Shown one piece after another: positions 29,048 through 38,114 of a stretch of DNA of 64,000 nt. This DNA is from a virus. The stretch spans positions 1 through 64,000 of the IMG/VR virus record IMGVR_UViG_3300032893_000021, one strand, 5' to 3'. The position numbers and the translations under genes were made by a program. Below the pieces are notes generated by a model. The model was not told the DNA's origin. It made no database searches and worked only from the letters and a program-made list of their open reading frames with translations. The first letter of the stretch is position 1; the number at the start of each line of letters is the position of its first letter.

Positions 29048-29930
29048 CTACGTCCCCCCGCCCACGCTGCGGGCGCTGGCGGCGAGCAGCGAGGCCTCGG
29101 GCACCGGCGCGTTGGCGGCCGGGTCGTAGTGGTCGAGGTCGCCCGCGACGATCGCGGTGAGGTCGAACGCCGCCCCGTAGGCGGCCTCCGCCTCGCGGCA
29201 CGCCGCCGAGTCGAGCCCGGCGTCCAGGAGCGCCATCGACGCCGCGATGTGCTTGCGGACGTCGGCAGCGGCCTTCCGCGCCTGCGCGCGGCGGTCCTTC
29301 CCGTTCTCCATCTCGTTCCTCCTCTGGCCGGGCCTCCCGGGCGCCAACGCCGTCGAGACGCGCGGCTCGCCCTGCTCGCCCGGGTCGCCGTCGGCGGCGT
29401 CGCGCACGAGCGCGTAGAGGCGCTCGCGCTCCTCCGGCGTGTAGGGCTCCTGCCCCGGCATCATCCCGTCTTCGGTCATCGGACCTGTCCCCCCCTCTCC
29501 GCGTCGCGCATCTCGGCGCGGTAGCGGCTGTCGTCCGGGGCCGCCCAGTAGGACTCGGGCGGCCCGTCCGGCTCGAACTCCGGCTCGGCGGGCTCGACGT
29601 CGAACCCGTCCGACCCGTCGCAGTCCGGGTCGTTGCAGTAGGCGATGACGCCCGTCGGGAACTCGCGGTGGGCCTCGTGGTCGAGGACCGCCTCGACGCC
29701 GCACGTCGGGCACTCGCGGCGCTCCGTCCACTCGCGGTCGGCGCCGCCGATCTGGTACTCGCGCCCGGTCACGCCGGGCGGGTAGTTCGACAGGGTCATC
29801 GCGCGGCCTTCCGCGCCAGCGCGAGAGCGAGCGCCAGGCGCCGCGTGATCGCGTCCGCGTAGGCCCGGCAGGCCGGGCACGTCGCGAGCGCGCCGCCCCC
29901 GTGGGGCTTGCCCGTGTGGCCAGATCCCAT
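29048..29930 (-). other. Small minus-strand early ORFs (29930-29796, 29799-29476, 29479-29048)
   Basis: Directly downstream of the minus promoter at 29976-30004; SD motifs and ATGA overlaps. Confidence 0.55.
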
Positions 29931-29975
29931 CATCGTCAACCTCCGTGACTGGGGCCTCCGCCCCGATCCGTCCAC

Positions 29976-30037
29976 AGCATAGCCGGTCCGCGGATCATTG
30001 TAAACCCCTTTACATAGGTTCCCAGACCGGCTATGCT
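29976..30037. promoter_or_regulatory. Back-to-back divergent promoters TTTACA-N17-TATGCT on both strands
   Basis: Core tgtaaacccctttaca at 29999-30014; both spacers are 17 nt; gene orientation flips here. Confidence 0.8.
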
Positions 30038-30082
30038 CGCGACGGAGCCCGGCGAGGGCCGGGCGCTCGAGGAGGAAGCTGG

Positions 30083-31773
30083 ATGGGCGGCACGAGCCTC
30101 GGCCCCTGCGGGTGCGACCTGCTGGAGGGCCGCTGCGCCCGGCATCGGGCGATGATGGAGGCGATCCACGACGCGTGGTACGGCCTGGTTCCGATGAGCG
30201 GCACGACAGACGCGATCTGGGCCCTGAGCGACGGCTACGGGACGCCGGGCTTCGTGCCCGCCCAAGGCCACGACTGGAGCGGCATCCGGGACAGCTCGAT
30301 CGGGGCCGTCGAGGCCATGTACGCGGCCGCCACGGGAGGCGCGCGATGAGCGCGGCTGGCGGTCGCGATCCGCTCTGGCCCGCCGGGGACCGCCCGATGT
30401 GCGGCGAGTGCAAGGCGGTCCCGGTCTACATGGCCGGACTCTGCGGAAGCTGCTGGGCCGCGAAGGGCCGCGCCGCGGCTGCCGTGACGTGCAGCGGGTG
30501 CGGCCACGCCCACCACTGGCGCGAGTGCCAAGCCGACGTGCTGGGGCTGCTGGGCACGGCCTACCGCTGCCCGTGCCGTAGACGCGGCCCGCGCGGGTCC
30601 GAGGGGCCGGAGGTCGGCGGGACGAGCATCCGCTCGACGCTCGGGGCAGCGGACGTGGTCCTCGGGGAGGTCGAGGAGCGCACCTGGACGGTCGTCCAGC
30701 ACGAGGTCGACGGCTTCCCGGTCCCGGGCTCGACCGGCCGCCGGGAGGTCAGCCGCGAGGTGCGCTTCGCCTTCCGGCTCGAGGCGGAAGCCTGGGCCGA
30801 GGCGCAGCGCGCGGAGGGGTTCACCGAGTTCCACTTCAGCCACACCGCCTGCGGGTACTACGGGCCGACCGACTCGCTCGGGAACTGCTGGACCGCCACG
30901 GCGCGCCGCCGGATCGCCCGCTCGGGTGACCGGGTCGAGGTCGTTTGGCCCGGCAGCGCCTTCGAGGGGCGGACCGGGGTCGTCGAGCAGGCGTTCGACG
31001 AGACGGCCAACGTCGTCCTCGACTCGCCCGGCGTCCGCGAGCCACACATGAACTTCGGGCTCCAGGAGCTGCGGGTCCTCGACGAGGCCTGGGAGGACAA
31101 CATGGAGAGGTTCGCGAGGGGCGACTCATGACGGACACCCTGTTCGGCATCGCCGCCGTCGCGGCGATCGCGTACACCGTGACGGACCTCGTCCGGCGGC
31201 TCGACCGCTGGCTCGACCGCAAGACCGGGATGACGGCGCGCTGGAGCCCGCCGCGGCAGGCGCACCGGGGACGGCGGAGGTGAGCGTCAGCAGGTCCTGC
31301 GACCGCTGCCGCATGGCGCGCCAGCGCGTCCTGGACGGGCGCCCGGTCAGCGTCGTCCGGCGGTACACGATGTCGGTCCAGGTCCCCGGCGGCGGGGCCC
31401 GCTACGGCTTCGGCGCCATCGACCTGTGCGACGAGTGCTGGGAGGAGGTCTGCCAGCCGAAGCAGCGCCCGACGCGCGGGACGCCGCGCAAGCACCCGTC
31501 GATGCTGGGGGCCGGGCGATGAGCCGCCGCCCGCTCCCGCCGGTCCGCTCGACCCACACCGGGGTCGCCGAGGCGGACGCCGCCTGCTCCGACTGCCAGT
31601 TCACGGCCGAGGGCAAGAACGCGCTCGGCCTCGGGAACGTCCACGCGCGCCGGACCGGGCACGAGGTGGTCTGCTCCCAGACGATCGTCGCGGTCTACAA
31701 CCGCAACGACGGAGCCGGGGCGCCCGAGCGCCGGGGCGCCGCGACGGACAGGCTGTTCGGAGACGTGCCGTGA
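30083..31773 (+). other. Plus-strand early island ORFs (30083-30349, 30346-31131, 31128-31283, 31280-31522, 31519-31773), several Cys-rich
   Basis: GAGGAGG SD at the start; continuous ATGA/GTGA overlaps. Confidence 0.6.
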
Positions 31774-32516
31774 GGGTCCTCTGCGGCTGGACGGACCTTC
31801 AGCCCGAGACGCGCGCCGCGCTCGACTCCTCGGGCTACCCCGTCGAGTACGTCGACTGCCGTGGCGACCAGTCGCGCTACCACGGCGCGCTCGAGGCGGC
31901 GTGGAGGGTCGGCGGCGACCTCGCCGTGGTCGAGCACGACATCGTCCCGTGGCCCGGCGCCCTCGCGGAGCTCGAGGCCTGCTGGCGCTCCTGGTGCGCG
32001 TTCCCGTACGAGCTGTCGGTCGGCTACGGGTCGTGGCTCGGCTGCGCCCGGTTCTCGGCCAGCCTGCTCGACGCGGTCCCGGACGCGCCAGCGGCCGTCG
32101 ACCGGCTGCGCGACGACGGGACGCCCCGGCGCTACTGGGCGCGCCTCGACACCCGGCTGGCCCAGGTCCTCGAGGCGAACGGGCACCGGCAGCACCAGCA
32201 CTGGCCAGCGGTCGGGCACCTCAACCCGGCCCAGAGGTTCCTCGGGGCGGTCAACTGCTCGGCATGCGGGGCGCCGGTCCCGCCCGAGCAGATGCGCCTC
32301 GGGCCGCCGCCGTACGCCTGCCGGTCCTGCGGCTGGACGCCGCGCTGCGCCGAGTCGGTCTACCGGCGCGGAGAGCGCCTGCCGTGCCCGAACAGGGCCC
32401 GTATGATTGCGCTCGGCTCGCCGGGCGCCGCATGGACTCCCCTCTGCGGGACCCACGAGAACACCGACCGCTGGGCCAACTACCCGGACATCGACTGGAG
32501 GCCCGTCACGGCGTGA
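31770..32516 (+). CDS. Glycosyltransferase-like (minimal GT-A) protein with C-terminal Zn ribbon
   Basis: VVEHDIVPWPG..WCAFPY..LGCARFS..LD..HQHWP; paralogous to 54199-54891. Confidence 0.6.
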   Translation: MRVLCGWTDLQPETRAALDSSGYPVEYVDCRGDQSRYHGALEAAWRVGGDLAVVEHDIVPWPGALAELEACWRSWCAFPYELSVGYGSWLGCARFSASLLDAVPDAPAAVDRLRDDGTPRRYWARLDTRLAQVLEANGHRQHQHWPAVGHLNPAQRFLGAVNCSACGAPVPPEQMRLGPPPYACRSCGWTPRCAESVYRRGERLPCPNRARMIALGSPGAAWTPLCGTHENTDRWANYPDIDWRPVTA

Positions 32517-32986
32517 GGATCGAGATAGGCGGCGGCGCCGTCCCCGTCGACGCGACCACGATGAACCTCGACCCCGTCCACGGGGAGGGCGAGTGGAGGC
32601 GTCCTGCCCAGGACGTCCCGTGGCCCTGCGAGGACGGGACGGTCGAGTCGGTCCGCGCCTCCCACGTGATGGAGCACGTCCCGGCCGCGGACCGGATCGC
32701 CGTGTTCAACGAGGCGTGGCGCGTCCTCCGGCCCGGCGGCTCGTTCGAGGTCGTCGTCCCGATCCTGTCGGCGTCGCTCGGGCCGTCCGGCCAGGTCTTG
32801 TTCGACTGGGGGGCGCTCGCCGACCCGACCCACGTGTCACTCTGGGTCCGGGAGTCGTTCGCCTACTTCACGGGCGCGATCCGCCCCAACGCCGAGTACG
32901 GCATCTCGCTCTGGCGCGAGCAGTCCTGGAGGGTCGAGCGCCAGCCGTTCGGCGACGAGGGGCACTGGACCGGGGTGAAGCCGTGA
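32513..32986 (+). CDS. Class I SAM-dependent methyltransferase
   Basis: IEIGGG..WPCEDGTVESVRASHVMEHV..EAWRVLRPGG..DPTH. Confidence 0.85.
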   Translation: MRIEIGGGAVPVDATTMNLDPVHGEGEWRRPAQDVPWPCEDGTVESVRASHVMEHVPAADRIAVFNEAWRVLRPGGSFEVVVPILSASLGPSGQVLFDWGALADPTHVSLWVRESFAYFTGAIRPNAEYGISLWREQSWRVERQPFGDEGHWTGVKP

Positions 32987-33762
32987 CCGTGGCGGCCGTC
33001 TCGATGGTCAAGGACGAGGCCGACTTGATCGGGGCCGCCGTCCGGCACATGATCGACCAGGTCGACCTCGTCATCGTCGCGGACAACGGCTCGACCGACG
33101 GGACGCGGGACGAGCTCTCCGACCTCGCCCGCGCCTACCCGGGCTGGCTGGAGGTCGTCGACGAGCCGCGGGCGGCGTACCTCCAGGCCGAGACGATGAA
33201 CCGCCTCGCCGAGCGGGCCGCCGGGGCCGACTGGATCGTGCCGTTCGACGCTGACGAGCGGTGGGAGGCAGTCTCGTCCTGCTGCGTCTCGTCCCTCCTC
33301 GACGGGCTCCCGGAAGCAGTCCAGATCGTCGCGGCCGAGACGTACGACGTCGTCCCGGCGCCCGGGGCGGAGCCGTGGGGCGGACCTCTCCTCCACCGTC
33401 CGGGGTCGCTATGGGAGCTGCCGGGCCACGGCAAGGTCGCCTACCGGCCCGGGTCCGGGCGGCGCCTCGTCCAGGGGAGCCACGCCGTGGAGGGGCTCGC
33501 GACCCCGTCCCCGGACGGCTCGCTCCGCGTCCTCCACCTGCCGTTCCGGTCGCTCGAGCAGGCGCGGCGCAAGCTGCGCAACGGCAAGGCGGCCGTCGAG
33601 GCGGCCGGGGAGGCGCTTCCGCCCTCGTCCGCGTGGCACTGGCGCGAGTGGGGCGCGCTCGACGACGAGGCCCTCGCCGCGTGGTGGGCGGACTGGACCC
33701 GCCCGGAAGGCCTGGAGCCCGTCCCGTGGAGGGGGCCGCGCGAGCAGGAGGCGATGCCGTGA
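32983..33762 (+). CDS. GT2-family glycosyltransferase
   Basis: MVKDEADLI..VADNGSTDGT..ADWIVPFDADE. Confidence 0.88.
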   Translation: MTVAAVSMVKDEADLIGAAVRHMIDQVDLVIVADNGSTDGTRDELSDLARAYPGWLEVVDEPRAAYLQAETMNRLAERAAGADWIVPFDADERWEAVSSCCVSSLLDGLPEAVQIVAAETYDVVPAPGAEPWGGPLLHRPGSLWELPGHGKVAYRPGSGRRLVQGSHAVEGLATPSPDGSLRVLHLPFRSLEQARRKLRNGKAAVEAAGEALPPSSAWHWREWGALDDEALAAWWADWTRPEGLEPVPWRGPREQEAMP

Positions 33763-34325
33763 CGCCCGAGGTGATGGCCTTCGTCCGGTCAGCCCTGCCG
33801 GGCGACCTCGTCCGCGGCCGCGACGTCCTCGAGGTGGGGTCGCGGGACGTGAACGGCTCGCCGCGCCACTACCTCAAGTCACTCTCCCCGGCGTCGTACA
33901 TCGGCGTTGACGCGGTCGACGGGGACGGGGTCGACCTGGTCCTCCAGGCCGAGGGCCTGGAGGCGCACTTCGGAGCGGACCGGTTCGGGGTCGTCGTCTC
34001 GACCGAGATGCTCGAGCACGCCGAGGACTGGAGGACGGCGCTCCTCGGGATGATGGCAGTGGCGGCCCCGGGCGGCGTCCTCGTCCTGACGACCCGGTCC
34101 CCCGGCTTCGACCGGCACGAGTGGCCTGGTGACTACTGGAGGTTCACGACCGCCGACCTCGCGGCCGCCCTCGACGGGTGGATCGGCGTCGTCTCGGTCC
34201 CGGACCCGTACTACCCGGGCGCGTTCGCCTCGGCCCGCAAGCCGGAGCCGTGGGACCGCGCCCGCGCCGCCGGGCGGCTCGAGTCCGTCCTGCCCAGCCC
34301 GGCCCCCGAGGAGGAGACGCCGTGA
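33759..34325 (+). CDS. Class I SAM-dependent methyltransferase
   Basis: VLEVGSRDVNGS..YIGVD..GVDLV..STEMLEH..PGGVLVLT..DYWRFT. Confidence 0.85.
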   Translation: MTPEVMAFVRSALPGDLVRGRDVLEVGSRDVNGSPRHYLKSLSPASYIGVDAVDGDGVDLVLQAEGLEAHFGADRFGVVVSTEMLEHAEDWRTALLGMMAVAAPGGVLVLTTRSPGFDRHEWPGDYWRFTTADLAAALDGWIGVVSVPDPYYPGAFASARKPEPWDRARAAGRLESVLPSPAPEEETP

Positions 34326-34732
34326 AGATCCTATGGCACCCGACCTGCGGCGGGGTCGTCGCGCCGCCCGAGGACGGCGCCTGGGCCCTCTGCCGCTGCG
34401 GCAACAGCGCCATCCGGCTGGTCGACCGGACCCGCGTGGTCGCCGAGGCCGCCTCCCGAGACGGCTCGCGGGACGCCCGCATCATCGGCCTCCACAACGG
34501 GTACCTCAACGCCGGGGTCGGGGAGGCCCTCTCGGACCTGTCCTGGAGGACACGCTGGGCGCTCGCCCGCTCGATCACGCCAGACCACTACTTGTACGCC
34601 AGGCGGGAGAGCCCGCTCGTCGTCTTCGAGCCCGGCGAGACGTACGACTCGTCGTGGAGCGAGTGGCCCGAGCCTGTCGCCCTGGGCCCACTGTTCTTTC
34701 CGTCGGATCCGGGCCGCGGACGAGTCCCTTGA
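34322..34732 (+). CDS. Hypothetical protein
   Basis: GAGGAG SD, GTGA overlap; HxxC..CxCG. Confidence 0.55.
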   Translation: MKILWHPTCGGVVAPPEDGAWALCRCGNSAIRLVDRTRVVAEAASRDGSRDARIIGLHNGYLNAGVGEALSDLSWRTRWALARSITPDHYLYARRESPLVVFEPGETYDSSWSEWPEPVALGPLFFPSDPGRGRVP

Positions 34733-35403
34733 TCTCCTCCTACGCCGTCGCCACGCCCAGCCGCGGGCTGATCCACTCGCGGACGGTCGAGGCAGTGGCG
34801 CGCGAGTCGGCCGACACGCCCGGCTTCACGGGATGGGCGATCACGCACGACCTGCCGATACCGCTCGCCCACGAGCAGGCCGTCGCCTCGGCGATCGGGC
34901 GCTGGCTCCCGGAGGCGGTCATCATGGTCGAGGAGGACGTGATCCCGCCCGAGGGCTCGTTCGGGGCGCTGCTCCTCGCACTCGAGGCGGGGGCCGACGT
35001 CGCCGGTGTCGACTACCCGGTCGGAGAGGACTGGGGCTGCGCGGTCCGCGACGAGGCAGGGGCGGTCCTATGGGTCGGGACCGGCCTGGCGGCCCTGTCC
35101 GTCCCCGCCCTCGAGCGCCTAGAGCGGCCGTGGTTCAGGACGGACCGCCGCTGGCTCAGGGGCCCCGACGGCGGCTGGCACGACGTCCCGGCGGCGCCCG
35201 ACGAGCGCGACCGCTTCGGCCAGCAGGACATAGAGCTCTGCCGCCGGGTCCGCGAGGCGGGCGGCCGCGTCTCGGTCGTCCCCGGGATGACGGCCGCCCA
35301 CGCCCAGGTCCGCGGGATGGGGCGCCAGGGCTCCAACGTCGGCTGGCACGACGTCCGCCTCAGGACCGAGATCCGCGAGCAGTACCCGGGGGACCGCGGA
35401 TAG
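34729..35403 (+). CDS. Glycosyltransferase-like (GT-A) protein
   Basis: TTG start; VATPSRG..MVEEDVIPP..VGTGLA..PWF..QQDIELC. Confidence 0.7.
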   Translation: MISSYAVATPSRGLIHSRTVEAVARESADTPGFTGWAITHDLPIPLAHEQAVASAIGRWLPEAVIMVEEDVIPPEGSFGALLLALEAGADVAGVDYPVGEDWGCAVRDEAGAVLWVGTGLAALSVPALERLERPWFRTDRRWLRGPDGGWHDVPAAPDERDRFGQQDIELCRRVREAGGRVSVVPGMTAAHAQVRGMGRQGSNVGWHDVRLRTEIREQYPGDRG

Positions 35404-35472
35404 GCTGTACGCGCGCCCCCCGCCCGCGCTAGGCTCTGGCGCGACAGGCACCTGGGCGCGAGGAGGCTGGTA

Positions 35473-38088
35473 CTGGCGACGCGGGCCGGTAGGGGCGACG
35501 ACATCGAGTACGGCTGGGTCCCGATCGTCAAGGTCGAGCGGGACCCGCTCGACCCGTCGGTCAGGATCGTCTACGGGAAGGTGACCGACGGGACGGTGGA
35601 CTCGGACGAGCAGATCGTCGACCCCGAGTACGCCCGGAAGGCGATGGCCGACTGGTACGAGACGGCCGCGAACGTCCGACAGATGCACAGCACGAACCTG
35701 CCACCGGCGGGCAAGGGCATCATGCTTGAGCACCGCGACGGGGACGGGGCCGAGGGCGGCGAGTGGGTCCGGTCCCGCGTCGTCGAGCCGACCGCGGTCA
35801 AGCTCTGCGACGAGGGGGTGTACGGCGGCTACTCCGTCGGGATCGCCCGGCCCCGGATCGTCCGTGACGCCCGGGCCCGCGGCGGGCGCATCGTAGGCGG
35901 GCGCATCGTCGAGATCAGCCTGGTCGACCGGCCCGCCAACTACAACGCCAAGTTCGCCCTGGCGAAGGCCGACCGGTCCGGCAGGATGGCCTACGTCGGG
36001 AAGGTCGTCTCGCTCCGGCCCGCCGAGGTGGACCCGGCGCCGCGCGCGCCGCGCATCCGCGAGGGCTCGGTCATCAAGATCACCGAGGCCGACGGCTCAG
36101 TCGCCACGGGGCGCGTCGTCACGGCCGGGGCGCGCTGGGCGCGCATCGACACGCTCGGCTACGGCGGGACCGGGATCGAGCTAGTGGACCGGCGGGGCGC
36201 GAGCGTCGAGAAGTACAGCGACTCACAGGAGCGCGACGACCACGGGCGCTGGTCCGGAGGTGGCTCGGGCGAGGGCACCCGGTCATGGCAGGACAGGGTC
36301 CCACCGGCCCACCAAGGGCGCGAGGGGCACGATGTCCACCTCGTCCTCAACGGCGGGGCCAACGTTCGCGGCACGGTGTCGTCGGTGACGCCCGACAAGA
36401 CAGTCTTCCGGACGGGAGCCACGACGGCCGGGTCGAGCCCCGGCATGAGGACGAACGGGGATCCCCCCCAGACGTACGTCGACCACTCGGAAGTGGCCCA
36501 GATCAAGGACTACACGACCAACGAGCGCGTGAGCCCGAACAACATCGTACTCGGCACAGTCAAGGCGCAGGCGGGGCCTAATCCGGCCGACATGGAGGAC
36601 TCTGTGGCAGACGACGCGGACACCACCAAGGGGGCCGACCTCGCGTCTGCCGCCGAGAACATCGCCGACGCGGCGGACGACCTCAAGGACGCGGCCGGGG
36701 ACCTCGGCGACACGGCCGGTGGGGACGACTCGGACGACGGGGACGACTCGGACGCCGACAAGGCGGCCAAGGGCAAGGTCCCGCCCCAGTTCCTGGAGCA
36801 CCAGAAGCCGAAGGCTGGCGCCGACGCACCGGCCGACGGCGCTGCGGACGACGACTCCGCCGACAAGGCCGCGGGCCGCAAGTGCCCGTCCTGCGGCGGG
36901 ATGTTCGGCGACTCGGACAAGTGCGTGAAGTGCGGCAAGGCCTGGACGACCGACGGCACCGACGACGCCGAGAAGGCCGAGCGCAAGGCGGCCAAGGCCG
37001 CGCGCAAGGCCGCCAAGGCCGCGGCGGCCAAGATCGTCGCGGCGCCCGGCGACGGCGAGGAGGTCTCCTACCTCGTCCGGCGCGCGCACGACGTCACCTG
37101 CGGAGCATACGGGACGGACGCGCTGGCGGCCGCCTACCCGTCCGTCGAGAAGAGGCTCGGGGACGCGCTCGGCGCGTCCGCCCGCGACGCGGCCTACGCG
37201 GCCCTCGCGTCCGAGGTCCGGGAGGGCGGGACGCCAGCGGGCATCGTGGCGCTCGGCAAGGCCATCTCCGCCCTCGACGCCCTGTCGGGGCACGCCGAGG
37301 CGCTCGCCGCGGCCCGCGAGGGCCTCGTCGAGGCGTTCCGCGCGGCCAACAAGGACGCCGCCGAGCCGGTCGGGCTCCCGAGCCCGTCCGAGACGATCAC
37401 GCCCGGCCAGTTCCGGCGCGGCTACATCTCGGAGGGCCACCAGGACCAGGGCGGCACGGGCCACCCGCACGCGACGATCCCGTCTGCCACCCACCCGCTG
37501 GACCCCGCCTCGATCGACCGCGGTCCGCTGACGGACGGGCACCAGCGCTACCTGGCCTCCAAGATGGCCGAGGTCCACGACGGCCTCGCCGACTGGAGGC
37601 CCGAGCTCTGCCTGATGGACGCCGGTGGCTCGAACGCCTTCGACCGGCAGCCGTACCCGTCGCCGTCCCAGAGGCCGCCCGCCCTGCCGTCGATCCCCAA
37701 CCGGTCGGCGGACTCCGGCCCCGTCCCCGTGGTCGCCGTCCCGGCCGCGGCGCCCGTCGCCAAGACGTACACCCCCGAGGAGTTCGAGGCGGCCCTCTCG
37801 AAGGCCACCGCGCCCCTCGCCACCAAGATTGCCAACCTGGAGCAGGCGTACGAGGACCTCGCGTCCTCGCCTGACACGACGGCCGCCGCCCCGCGCGGGC
37901 TCCGGCAGCCGTCGGCCTCGGACAAGCTGGCCACCGCAGACGCCGCCAAGGCCGCGCGCAAGGCGCGGAAGGCGGAGAAGCGCTCGCGGCGCGCCGGTTT
38001 CTACGAGGACCTGGCAGGCTCCTCCGACCCCGTCACCCGGAACCGAGCGGTCGACTGGCTCGCCCGCCACGGCCGGTCCATCAACTGA
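35473..38088 (+). CDS. Prohead protease (HK97-type) fused to a tagged insert and a scaffold region (start CTG 35473)
   Basis: DSDEQIVD..VRQMH (His)..YGGYSVGI (Ser)..EISLVDRPAN. Acidic and KA-rich scaffold-like C-terminal half, with an internal GGAGG-GTG at 36604. Confidence 0.85.
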   Translation: MATRAGRGDDIEYGWVPIVKVERDPLDPSVRIVYGKVTDGTVDSDEQIVDPEYARKAMADWYETAANVRQMHSTNLPPAGKGIMLEHRDGDGAEGGEWVRSRVVEPTAVKLCDEGVYGGYSVGIARPRIVRDARARGGRIVGGRIVEISLVDRPANYNAKFALAKADRSGRMAYVGKVVSLRPAEVDPAPRAPRIREGSVIKITEADGSVATGRVVTAGARWARIDTLGYGGTGIELVDRRGASVEKYSDSQERDDHGRWSGGGSGEGTRSWQDRVPPAHQGREGHDVHLVLNGGANVRGTVSSVTPDKTVFRTGATTAGSSPGMRTNGDPPQTYVDHSEVAQIKDYTTNERVSPNNIVLGTVKAQAGPNPADMEDSVADDADTTKGADLASAAENIADAADDLKDAAGDLGDTAGGDDSDDGDDSDADKAAKGKVPPQFLEHQKPKAGADAPADGAADDDSADKAAGRKCPSCGGMFGDSDKCVKCGKAWTTDGTDDAEKAERKAAKAARKAAKAAAAKIVAAPGDGEEVSYLVRRAHDVTCGAYGTDALAAAYPSVEKRLGDALGASARDAAYAALASEVREGGTPAGIVALGKAISALDALSGHAEALAAAREGLVEAFRAANKDAAEPVGLPSPSETITPGQFRRGYISEGHQDQGGTGHPHATIPSATHPLDPASIDRGPLTDGHQRYLASKMAEVHDGLADWRPELCLMDAGGSNAFDRQPYPSPSQRPPALPSIPNRSADSGPVPVVAVPAAAPVAKTYTPEEFEAALSKATAPLATKIANLEQAYEDLASSPDTTAAAPRGLRQPSASDKLATADAAKAARKARKAEKRSRRAGFYEDLAGSSDPVTRNRAVDWLARHGRSIN

Positions 38089-38114
38089 CGCATCCCCACA
38101 GGGGAGGAGAGTTT

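Noticed and set aside
16081-36265. Tag-encoding DNA repeats as a CRISPR array, intein or mobile repeat
   Set aside because: Copies are dispersed, in frame and conserved at protein rather than DNA level. There are no cas genes, no regular spacers and no intein C/S...HN termini.
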